DNA of 64,000 nucleotides, from the NCBI GenBank assembly GCA_036272255.1, contig DATAZC010000034.1, positions 716 through 64,715 of the forward strand, given 5' to 3'. The notes beneath the pieces were generated by a model. It saw only the letters and a list, made by a program, of their open reading frames with translations, was not told the origin of the DNA and did not search any database. The stretch comes from Acidobacteriaceae bacterium. Lineage in GTDB: Bacteria; Acidobacteriota; Terriglobia; Terriglobales; Acidobacteriaceae. A program made the position numbers and the translations under genes. This document shows, one piece after another, positions 19,201-26,294 of this stretch (its first letter is position 1; every line of letters begins with the position of its first letter).

Positions 19201-22200
19201 ATTGCCGTCCCCAGCGGTGGCAGCCTGGTCATCAATCCCACATTCCCCAGCATCACCGCCGTGGTCACCGGCTTGCTCAGCACGCTTGCGACCGGAGTGA
19301 AACTGCCGCTGACGAGCACGCTGAATCTTTCCCTCGTCAACACCGCCAATCGTCTCGGTGTGCGCATTGCCGGCAGCCAGGATTTTCCCATTGGCGACTA
19401 CGACCTCAGCATGCTGTTTGGCGCGCCGGTTGCGTGGGGAACCGGCTTCGATTCCGGCGTGACGGTTTATCTGTTCGACGTTGCCGGTGGCAACTTCACC
19501 TTCAATCCTGGAATTCTCGCCGTCGGCCTGGGGCTTGGCCTTACCGGCCAGAACGATGCTCCGTTAGTGAACACCAACGGATTCCGCATCGGTGGCGTTC
19601 GCCTCTACACCTTCTTCTGGGGCGCATTCTCGGGCGGCTTCAGTCTGAGCGGGCTGGGCGTCGGCGCCGAGATCGATGCGCTGGGCTTGCCGCTTTCTCA
19701 GGCCACCGGACCCAATGTGGGTGGCAATAATCCCGTTGCGTCGAGCCTGCTCGGTGGTGGTGGCGATGGCGGCAACCGAGGCGGCGACACGCAACCTCCC
19801 AATCCCGCGGTCGATGTCGCGGCCTGGTACTGGACTGCACCGACTGACTCCAACCAGCCCACTCCGCCGGCCGGAGACAGCACCTTCCATATTCTCTTTT
19901 CCGGCAACGACCAGCCGATCTGGATTGGCGTCCACGCCCAACTCGGCCCCATCTACCTCGACCAGATCGGCATTATCCTCAACGGCAACACGTCAGCATC
20001 GCTGGTCCTCGACGCCACGGTGAAGGTTGGTCCATTGACCGGCCAGGTCGACGAGCTCGGCGTGACCATCCCCTTCAAGTCCCTCATGCATCCAGGCGAC
20101 TGGACACTCGATCTGAAAGGTCTCGCCCTCAGCTTCTCCACGCCAGGCATCACCATCGCGGGAGCGCTGCTGAAGAACGACAGCGGCGGTACGGTCGAGT
20201 ACGACGGTATGCTGCTGATCCAGATCACCGAGTTCGGTCTGGTCGCGGTTGGCGCTTACTCAAAACCCACAGACGCAGAGGGCGATTACACCAGCGTCTT
20301 CATCTTCGCTGGCCTCTTCATCATCATCGGCATTCCGCCGGTGATTGAAGTCGACGCTATCGGCGTCGGCTTCGGTTATAACCGCGAACTCATCGTGCCG
20401 GACGACATCAACCAGATTCCCAGCTTCATTCTGGTCGCGGCTCTCGACGATGGCGGCGCGCTCGCCAACGACCCCATGGGCGAGCTGATGCAGATCCGGG
20501 ACAGCATCCCGGCCAAACGCGGCAGCCTGTGGTTCGCCGTGGGTCTGCACGGCACGACGTTCGTCATCGTGCACGTCACAGCGATCGTCTATGTTGCGCT
20601 CGATCGCGGCGTCGAGATCGGCCTGCTCGGCGTGGCCCGCATGGCCATTCCTTCCGACGACACAGCTTTGGTCAGCGTGGAGCTGGCCCTCAAAGCGCGG
20701 TATTCCTCGGCCGATGGCACGCTTTCTATCCAGGCCCAGCTCACTTCCAACTCCTACATCTTCGATAAAGACTGCCAGCTCACCGGCGGCTTCGCCTACT
20801 TCATGTGGTTCCCGCAGGGCCAGTTCGTTCTGACCCTCGGCGGCTACAACCCGCACTTCATCAAGCCCACGCAGTTTCCCGACGTTCCGCGGCTTGGGTT
20901 CAACTGGGGCCTGCCCGTCGGCGCCACCATCAAAGGCGAAAACTACTTCGCGCTGACCAACACCTGCATCATGGCCGGCGGCCGTCTCGAAGTGACGTAC
21001 GGCATTTCGTGCGCCTACGTTTGGTTCACTGCGTATGCCGACTTTCTTATCTCGTGGGATCCGTTCTATTACGAGATCGACATCGGCGTTTCCGTCGGGG
21101 CTACGTTCTCGATCCAGGCTTGCTTCTGGGGATTCTGCGTCGGCGTCAGCGTCACGGTCTCACTCGGTGCCACGCTCACCATCGAAGGGCCGCCACTGCA
21201 CGGTACCGCCACCGTCGACCTCGCCATATGCAGCGTAACGGTGGCCTTTGGTTCTGACGCGAATCCGCAGCCGCCCTACATCACGGACTTCAATGTCTTC
21301 GCAACGAAATATTTGTTCGGCAACGATCCCAATGGCAACGCGTTCCGCGTGGACGTCCTCACCGGTCTGGTGCCGCCATCGCCGTCAGGTGCGGCTCCGG
21401 CTCCCGGCACTTCCGATAAACCCTGGCAGATGGTGAGCGAATTCTCCTTCCAGTGCGACACCAAAATGCCGGCCACCATCACCAACGACTTCGTCTTCGG
21501 CGATCAGGACCAGAGCGGCAACGTGCACTCCATCGATCTTGCTCCCATGAACAAGGAGACGGTGGGCACCAAAATGGTGGTGACGCTGTTCGGGCTCGAT
21601 GGCAATAACTGGACGGCGATCAGCGTTCAGAGCCCGAATTCCAATGCGGATTTCCAGATCGACACGCTGCACTGGATCATGACGCCGATTGTCGGCAAGG
21701 TTTCAGAAGCCACATGGCACTGGAACGATCCATCCAACATGCCGGCCGCTGCAAATACTGTTCCCGCAGTGGTGGGCCTCACGATCCAGGGATTCTGCTT
21801 CTTCGAAGGCAAGTCGGCTCTCATTCCCATTGCGAAGCTCTACGACACAGGCGATAGCCGCCCTCTGCCCTTCGCCACCGATTTCACGCTCACCTACGCT
21901 CAATACCAGGCGTACGGCGCATCGGCAGTGCAGCTGGCCGAACTCACCGCCGCTGCCGGATCGAACAGCACACTGCTGATCGCGAGCGCCATCACCACCG
22001 GCGCAAGCGGCTTCTTCGCCGATCAACGCAGCACTGCGGGACTGCCGGTGGGTGGCAACTCGCCGGTAGCCAATCTGGCACTACTCACCGATCGCTCAGC
22101 GCCACCCCTGGTCGTTCCAATCACGACGGGTCTGACCATGAAGCCCCCGGCCTTGCCTGCACCGCCGGTCATCGTTCGCCCACCGGTCATCCTGCCAGTC

Positions 22201-23412
22201 GCGCTGCAGCAGCCTCGCCTGCGTGCGGTGCTGCGCGGCTTGCCGCAGCCGGTGAGCGATGTGCCTGCGACTCTGCGCACCACCGTGACCAAAGTTGCTG
22301 CCGCTGCCGGAGGCACGCGCATGGCAGCGCCGCTGGCAAATGCTCTCGGCTCCAGCCTGATCCGCGTGAAAGCGCCTACCGCACCGGCCGCAACAAAGCT
22401 CTCGAAACCGGGGAACACGCTGCGGACGCCCGACCTCGGATGGACCTCCGGCACCGCGCATCAGCAGGAGATGACGGACGCACTCGCCGCCTTCCAGGGT
22501 AACGGCCTCACGATTCCCGCCGGCACTACACATATCTGGGATGTCCCGGCTGGTTCGCAGCAGGAAATGGTTATCACCGGCGATTCGGCCTTCCGGATTA
22601 CGTTCCTCACCCGCGGCGGCTCTGTTCTGGGTGACAGCGAGTATCCGCCCGCGCCGTCCACGGCACCGCAAACAACTGTGCAGCTGCCGGCCAACTGCGG
22701 CATGGTTTCGATCGATTGCCTCGGCAAACTTCCTGCAGGCTCTGTCTCCGTTGCCCCAGGCTTCGCCGCTGTTGCCTTCACCGCCGCGCCCGCCGGGAAG
22801 AAGACGGTGGCCGGATGGCAGGCCGGCAATTTGCTTCCGCAGGCTGGACCCACAACCATCCTTGGCCGCGGTTCCTGCCTGATGCTGCCGCAGACGCACA
22901 TTCCGTTGCGCAACCGCCAGGCGATTGCGCAGACCATGGTCCGCGTCTCCGACGCGGTCGCCGATCAGATCGGCACCGAGACCTGGCTTCCGACCTCAAT
23001 TGGTGTGGTCATGATTCTTCTCGATCTGCAGGACGCCACCGCTACGGCCGATGGCGATCTGGCCCTGAGCGCTCAGGGAGCCACGCTTTCGACGAATCCT
23101 GTTCGCATTCTCGGCGGACGTCGCCGCGCGTTGCTCTATGACGTGAGCAATGCCGATTCCACCGCAAGCCACATCATCATCGGCGTTGCCAGCGTTACCG
23201 GCTGGCGTCTCTCCGGTGTTGTGGGCATGCCCGGCAAAGCACAGGAGTGGGCCACCGACCTGCAGGGCAAAGTCCCGGAGCACATCGTCCCCGACGGCCC
23301 GCTTACGCCCGACGGCAGCATCTCCGTCCGCATGATCGCGAATCCATCTGCCCCGGCGAATCCAGCCGCGAAAACCGGCGCTAAGCCAGCCCTTACAGGA
23401 GCCGCCCGATGA
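13240..23412 (+). CDS. Operon gene B: giant 3390-aa protein, unknown function (repeat modules, lipase-like core, DUF6603-like block)
   Basis: A 10.2-kb uninterrupted ORF, far longer than any antisense artefact ORF in this window (maximum about 550 aa). GGGAGG lies 8 nt upstream, both ends have ATGA coupling, and codons are GC3-rich. There is no signal peptide. Confidence 0.85.
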   Translation: MSDGLGNEVLDLGKAIGLFDDSGNLQPHWFENPLGNIESIFTTDTQRAAFLRVLDALLAPVQLPDLPANETWHPLFGDQTRGNAYLTVNTTNGVTFGFAGEFHSSDGPPPLASLTAHLPLISVNGGNVTAVAGTANGPLDVSLRLHLGFTFPADPIGLDSVIVTASLTPLGGSTPATLTVDLEGLQLDATGPKNITLDPSNMGSESVHLIIGFIQEQLTRLAANSGEAGAVTAHLLQLLGFGDTTIPQFPFTQLGNPSAINTWFASLLQGGASAPVVHWLGHLAGLIGVSTPTVTGSGTPADPWVAPVLPIGTAAGSGLNITFATTTVSSTTSLLIGLQARVIPGGANPPVRIEGNAIIASIPITGTGSAAVLPSASVTAIAPGAVGAGALVSNATISVESVRAGFNWTGSALQPLLELDTVTLTLLGATNSYDKIDLTNADSVASDVSTAIGNTIRGYFGTTGPGSDLAALAGIIPPGNDPASPHTVRLPQFLANPSQEIGAVHRAVLLDNAHPWSHMLEEIGGLVGITTAVTGSGTRTDPWVLELAPPSTFHIEIAAWNDQTSGVATDPQKLRIGLRASFEQAPVDVYWLAELLAIDLPQSGSGTISLMAGQHAHVGVQPIPTIPSVGGLSLSIADFAADMTFTPGTPLAWSAGLQNVSLTYAGNTINVPSIGFPLTAPFDVTNPAAIAADFGLTIPNLELLLRLILARALSSWGGMPAFTLAGLLGVHGGLDGLSADWPALADPGAAGSLLSDPFTALRNWLASVATGVSADGQAFLPQILPWLRGLLADALPAAPGNPLDGFSLPISGSGTYDDPWALPLTTTASTNVDALVWLEPAGPPPAWATPLIAAAAGAANFSTLFQVAQSIAPFVPALSNNLFGNDPGLLADALNSLSSLFTTGDGVVPLASQVPTSTNWTAGTTLSSAHPAQPSDPAAITQILTQVDTLAGGAGGARTVLLLGPAFSDHTIWTTLLADPNVHGTTAAATNFNLRVPGLDPSAVDLTTVTAQASWYSADLGDDGTGNLTSLTAQIARLVARVQQLNGTGPVTLVAHSTAGVAALAFTAANPTLVQGLITLGTPHLGASLPFLSDSRVGDALRVLQILRPQIAGSPLRDALDFLLLALDGYQPAAAGTLPVASALPAGSFPAPITAPASIDSGGRPVLAIGSQLGSRLLDALKPALSALANTAANPTTAPAAPTHLAFGARAHMNLATSAAGNVAVDTTMRGDLFQFPLHSGAAAPPHPAHGLYVRAKLTNPNGWLVGASSSFAGTGLPPVDVRVRWAEIGADITTSTGGLKVNPVVNLHQVSWHGPVVDSASFTDANAQALLGAVLQTISSPLPASTSPAGILLSTLQALNVAVVDSHGGIGISADAFSAITADAAGYLSTQLSSALNSATSFAGFTATTVVIPSRGVTATPEWTMPISGLPLEIYLLPNPWTIGLRTKSTGSGPASWTIAPDTTLTIDASVVIPAFTPSLDATFTLGAFSLGWSSTNSQLTVSAQPWLAPLTLIPAPSASALEAALSNALPRLLFSGAASAVLEALAGPGLKVGPIDTFFTSMSSVLTEATALGNSAGTGLDSTKITKLLQFIGNIAGLPAGPGLTLPGNLQLTATGAGTSADPVKVQLATTATIGGVLDLSGGVSFDQLTHPSPTGSLALTIPPSPATLPGPWQQVIVAFGVSSAGVTLSITPVTTPTPTPAIQLLPTFSGLGALAAGAEALLLQALNALVAAIGPSTVMDLTLDVATALGIYDNVNHFSTHGDELKAMLTGSWLSGFTAAQRGSIATAIAGLFSGGSPLAGTLPGTVSAGAGPNAGVVTWSLPLTGGDSGTINVALGWDASGPTATVGLADVKLADGALGITASGGYVAGSVAVTAALGVHLESAIGIPLVPTLSLIESGGNFQLELYPLASGSGTTFTTGPITIDFIPPALHMAASGPVALIEQFLVPLVGNTLLSTTAIKNAFATTLWTGGPTVQSVLTGAQIAVPSGGSLVINPTFPSITAVVTGLLSTLATGVKLPLTSTLNLSLVNTANRLGVRIAGSQDFPIGDYDLSMLFGAPVAWGTGFDSGVTVYLFDVAGGNFTFNPGILAVGLGLGLTGQNDAPLVNTNGFRIGGVRLYTFFWGAFSGGFSLSGLGVGAEIDALGLPLSQATGPNVGGNNPVASSLLGGGGDGGNRGGDTQPPNPAVDVAAWYWTAPTDSNQPTPPAGDSTFHILFSGNDQPIWIGVHAQLGPIYLDQIGIILNGNTSASLVLDATVKVGPLTGQVDELGVTIPFKSLMHPGDWTLDLKGLALSFSTPGITIAGALLKNDSGGTVEYDGMLLIQITEFGLVAVGAYSKPTDAEGDYTSVFIFAGLFIIIGIPPVIEVDAIGVGFGYNRELIVPDDINQIPSFILVAALDDGGALANDPMGELMQIRDSIPAKRGSLWFAVGLHGTTFVIVHVTAIVYVALDRGVEIGLLGVARMAIPSDDTALVSVELALKARYSSADGTLSIQAQLTSNSYIFDKDCQLTGGFAYFMWFPQGQFVLTLGGYNPHFIKPTQFPDVPRLGFNWGLPVGATIKGENYFALTNTCIMAGGRLEVTYGISCAYVWFTAYADFLISWDPFYYEIDIGVSVGATFSIQACFWGFCVGVSVTVSLGATLTIEGPPLHGTATVDLAICSVTVAFGSDANPQPPYITDFNVFATKYLFGNDPNGNAFRVDVLTGLVPPSPSGAAPAPGTSDKPWQMVSEFSFQCDTKMPATITNDFVFGDQDQSGNVHSIDLAPMNKETVGTKMVVTLFGLDGNNWTAISVQSPNSNADFQIDTLHWIMTPIVGKVSEATWHWNDPSNMPAAANTVPAVVGLTIQGFCFFEGKSALIPIAKLYDTGDSRPLPFATDFTLTYAQYQAYGASAVQLAELTAAAGSNSTLLIASAITTGASGFFADQRSTAGLPVGGNSPVANLALLTDRSAPPLVVPITTGLTMKPPALPAPPVIVRPPVILPVALQQPRLRAVLRGLPQPVSDVPATLRTTVTKVAAAAGGTRMAAPLANALGSSLIRVKAPTAPAATKLSKPGNTLRTPDLGWTSGTAHQQEMTDALAAFQGNGLTIPAGTTHIWDVPAGSQQEMVITGDSAFRITFLTRGGSVLGDSEYPPAPSTAPQTTVQLPANCGMVSIDCLGKLPAGSVSVAPGFAAVAFTAAPAGKKTVAGWQAGNLLPQAGPTTILGRGSCLMLPQTHIPLRNRQAIAQTMVRVSDAVADQIGTETWLPTSIGVVMILLDLQDATATADGDLALSAQGATLSTNPVRILGGRRRALLYDVSNADSTASHIIIGVASVTGWRLSGVVGMPGKAQEWATDLQGKVPEHIVPDGPLTPDGSISVRMIANPSAPANPAAKTGAKPALTGAAR
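14026..15720 (+). repeat. Protein-level tandem modules (~240-280 aa) inside gene B marked by [VI][TS]GSGT-xx-DPW
   Basis: VTGSGTPADPW (14119-14151, aa 294), VTGSGTRTDPW (14836-14868, aa 533) and ISGSGTYDDPW (15667-15699, aa 810). Contexts are similar, e.g. W..HL.GL[IV]G upstream and L[LR]IGL[QR]A downstream in the first two. Confidence 0.5.
16111..16512 (+). other. Lipase/PGAP1-like alpha/beta-hydrolase core embedded in gene B
   Basis: VLLLGPAF is a strand plus oxyanion-loop analogue. PVTLVAHSTAGVAALAF is a nucleophile elbow with the Ser codon at 16408-16410 (aa 1057). LITLGTPHLGA is the typical post-nucleophile LGTPHxG strand of PGAP1/DUF676/class-2 lipases. Confidence 0.5.
19948..21270 (+). 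other. Hydrophobic/aromatic beta-rich block in gene B, resembling DUF6603 (recollection, unverified)
   Basis: Motifs: GGFAYFMWFPQGQFVLTLGGYNPHFIKPTQFPDVPRLGFNW, YVWFTAYADFLISWDPFYYEIDIGVSVGATF and the TM-like SVFIFAGLFIIIGIPPVIEV. A Gly-rich hinge at 19714-19806 precedes it. Confidence 0.45.
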
Positions 23413-25232
23413 GCACTGTTCCCACTCCCGCGCCCCCCATTGGATCGATGTACCTCTTCGATTGCGTTACGCCGCCGTTGGTCGATGGAAGCTATCGCAT
23501 CGACGTGGTCACCAACGTGACCTACGACAGCACGCAGGCGCCGCTTTCTTCCAACAGCGGCTACTTCGATATTCAGGGACCCCGCTTCACGCTGCCGGCT
23601 ACCGATGTCGCCGCCGTATATCCGCCGCGCAACGGCCACGGCGGCTTCGACGAGTACATCCCGCAAATCGTTCTTTCGCGGCGCACACTGCCCTGGGAGC
23701 GCCGCCTCACATCCGACCTGGGCCCCATTGGCACTCCCACCCGCGATCAATGGACTCCTCAGCCCGACCCCTTTCCTGCCGTTCAGAACGAGCCGCAGGA
23801 ATTTGGTCCGGCGCCCTGGCTCGCGCTGCTGCTTTTCCAGGAAGGCGAATACACACTGCACCAGAATGTCGCTCTCAAGAGTGTCGTTCCCGCCGACGTG
23901 TACGGGCGGCTTGAGGTCCCGGACGGCATCACCTGCGATTCCATCGAAGTGGAATACAGTTTGCTGGAGTCGGTCATTCCCAGCCTCGACGAGCTCACCC
24001 TGCTGGCCCATGTCCGTCAGGTCAACGTCAACGACAAGGAGCTGAACGCCGCATCCGGCGATGGCCTCTACGCGGTGCTGATGAGCAATCGCATCCCCGC
24101 GCCCAACGCGAAGTTCCGCGCCTGCCTGGTTTCGCTCGAGGAACGAAGGGATCTGGTCAAAGCGGATCCTCCACCAGTCGCCATGCCGATCTTCATCGGC
24201 GTTATCGAAAATCCCGCCATCGGCCAACTCGAAGCAGCCAAAGCAGCGCCACAGCAACCAGCCGCTGCTCAGGGGAATTCTGCGGGCGTTACCAACATGG
24301 GCTCGGGCACGCCGCAACAGACGCTGATCAATCCCATCGGCAGCACGGTGCTCGCCACGGTCGCCGATCGCAACGTCGCCCCGTCGGTCAACTTCGCACA
24401 GGCCCCGCCTTTTCACATCTTCATCGGGACCAAACAGCTGGTCCTGCTGCACAGCTGGCAATTTGAATGCACCGGCGTAGGAACCTTCCGCGACTACGTG
24501 CAGCGCATCAACGTGTCCACGATGGGTACCGTCGAAGAGCAGGGCCATCCTCCGGTCATTGACACAGGCCACATCCCCATGACGGTCATGGATCGATCCG
24601 GCGTGCAGGAAGATGTGTGGTATCGCGGCCCCTTCGTTCCCATGCCGCTGACCCGCGATCCGCTCACGTATCACAGCGCCGACCAGTGCCGTCGTGTCAC
24701 TCCCGAAACCGGCGCTGAAGATATCAGCTACGCCGCAGCCTTCGAGTGTGGACGCCTGATGGCCGCCGCCGATCCTCGGCTCGGGCAGGAGTTGATGCGA
24801 TGGCGGCGTGAGCCTTACCGACAGTCGGTGCGGACCGATTCGCTGCTCGCGATTCAGGCCGCTATCCCCCTAAACCAGACACTCGATATTCATCAACCGG
24901 TTGTCCCGGTTGTAGCGGCCAATGCGGCGGGCAGCATCGTTACAGGCGTCGAGTTTGTCGGTGACAAATACGGCATTGGATCGGTGAGCGGTGCCCCGGG
25001 CCTCAATCCCGCACAACTACAACAGGCCTGGAACCTTTCCAGCGTCGCCGAAGCAACCGCGATTCTTGGCGGCGAAGCCGGGGCCACAGGGGCCGTGGTC
25101 ACCGCTCCTGCTCAGACGGTGCGCACGGCAACCACTCTCGACCAAGTGGTCGCCGATACCGCTTCACTCAACCGCCTGCAATCCGCTCGCGACCAGGCAC
25201 TGAACAGTGTGCAGCTGCAAACAGGGAAATAA
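23409..25232 (+). CDS. Operon gene C: 607-aa protein, unknown function
   Basis: AGGAG lies 8 nt upstream and its ATG overlaps the stop of gene B (ATGA). I recognised no motif. A Gln/Ala-rich linker lies near 24220-24320. Confidence 0.8.
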   Translation: MSTVPTPAPPIGSMYLFDCVTPPLVDGSYRIDVVTNVTYDSTQAPLSSNSGYFDIQGPRFTLPATDVAAVYPPRNGHGGFDEYIPQIVLSRRTLPWERRLTSDLGPIGTPTRDQWTPQPDPFPAVQNEPQEFGPAPWLALLLFQEGEYTLHQNVALKSVVPADVYGRLEVPDGITCDSIEVEYSLLESVIPSLDELTLLAHVRQVNVNDKELNAASGDGLYAVLMSNRIPAPNAKFRACLVSLEERRDLVKADPPPVAMPIFIGVIENPAIGQLEAAKAAPQQPAAAQGNSAGVTNMGSGTPQQTLINPIGSTVLATVADRNVAPSVNFAQAPPFHIFIGTKQLVLLHSWQFECTGVGTFRDYVQRINVSTMGTVEEQGHPPVIDTGHIPMTVMDRSGVQEDVWYRGPFVPMPLTRDPLTYHSADQCRRVTPETGAEDISYAAAFECGRLMAAADPRLGQELMRWRREPYRQSVRTDSLLAIQAAIPLNQTLDIHQPVVPVVAANAAGSIVTGVEFVGDKYGIGSVSGAPGLNPAQLQQAWNLSSVAEATAILGGEAGATGAVVTAPAQTVRTATTLDQVVADTASLNRLQSARDQALNSVQLQTGK

Positions 25233-25235
25233 CCA

Positions 25236-26294
25236 ATGCGCACCCCGTGGATCCAATCCAGCACCGCTCTCAAAGAACGCCTTCTGCGTCCCATCCAGCT
25301 TGATACCACCGAGCCCGAGTCGGAGATGCCTCCTTATATGGAGCTCTTTCTTTCTCATCTCCGCCTGTTGGTCGGCATCCCCTTCGATTACCTTGTCCCT
25401 GATGATCGCCTGCTCCCCGACGAGTCCATTCGCTTCTTTTACATCGACCGCTCGTGGACCGATCGCCTGGTCGACGGAGCAATCGCCGTGGGCAAAATCG
25501 GCACTCGCGAACAGGCGCATCACCAGGGCCACGCGCCTGCCGTCAACCAGCAGGTCGATCTCAGCGAGCGCATCGTGCGCACCATTCAGCGCGGCCTCCA
25601 ATCCTTTACCGACGCCAAGTCCGCCAACGATTCGAACACCGCGCCCGCCGATACCATCACCGGATTCCTGCTTCGCTCCTCCGCCGTCAGCGGATGGCCC
25701 CATATGGACGTGCGCGCCTACAAGACGGATGTCGCCGAGCCCTTCGATCCTGCCGATCCGAAAGCGCAGTCTCAACAACTCACGACACTGCGCCTCGAAC
25801 TTCTTTCTCCAGGTTTGATGATTGCGCTTTTCCAGGGCGTTCCTCAGCTTGTCATCCTTGAAGAACCGCACAACGGCGTGATGTTCGGTCTGCATGTCGA
25901 CAACGGAGTAGACAAAATCTATCTGCGCGACAACACCGGGCACCAGATTCCGATTCCTCCGGTCCCCTCACCACCCGCTGATCCCAACTACTATGACATT
26001 GAGCTTCCATTTCGTTCCACCAACAGCCGTGTCGTGCACGTGACCGAATTGCGCCGCCGTCTGAATCAGGCCATCGCGGCGCATCCGACACAGGTCAACG
26101 TCACCGGCTCCGCCAGCTTTGCCATTGCGGTCCTCGATCCCCCATGGCGCCAGCGCTTCGAGGGCACGGTCGACGAAGCCGGCACGCAGAACACCTCCGG
26201 CGGTTTCGTCGCCAACCTGCAAATTGCGCAGCGCGTCTCCGAAAATTCAACCTTCGACGAGGTTAGAAATCTGGTGACCACCTATGGCCATTAA
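25236..26294 (+). CDS. Operon gene D: 352-aa protein, unknown function
   Basis: It starts 3 nt after the gene C stop and its end overlaps gene E by 11 nt. I recognised no motif. Confidence 0.8.
   Translation: MRTPWIQSSTALKERLLRPIQLDTTEPESEMPPYMELFLSHLRLLVGIPFDYLVPDDRLLPDESIRFFYIDRSWTDRLVDGAIAVGKIGTREQAHHQGHAPAVNQQVDLSERIVRTIQRGLQSFTDAKSANDSNTAPADTITGFLLRSSAVSGWPHMDVRAYKTDVAEPFDPADPKAQSQQLTTLRLELLSPGLMIALFQGVPQLVILEEPHNGVMFGLHVDNGVDKIYLRDNTGHQIPIPPVPSPPADPNYYDIELPFRSTNSRVVHVTELRRRLNQAIAAHPTQVNVTGSASFAIAVLDPPWRQRFEGTVDEAGTQNTSGGFVANLQIAQRVSENSTFDEVRNLVTTYGH

Noticed and set aside
19714-19806. Gly/Asp-rich stretch as an RTX calcium-binding repeat
   Set aside because: It is a single irregular Gly-rich run, not tandem GGxGxDxUx nonapeptides. 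No T1SS ABC, MFP or TolC genes lie nearby.
13240-23412. Giant ORF as NRPS/PKS, Rhs/Tc toxin or surface adhesin
   Set aside because: It has no adenylation, condensation, KS or carrier motifs and no YD repeats. It has no cadherin, Big or hemagglutinin-type tandem repeats. It has no signal peptide or sorting signal.
23136-24674. 512-aa minus-strand ORF
   Set aside because: It is wholly antisense to the well-supported gene C. It has the Arg/Gly/Ala/His-rich composition typical of antisense frames in high-GC DNA, with no ribosome-binding site or recognisable motif.
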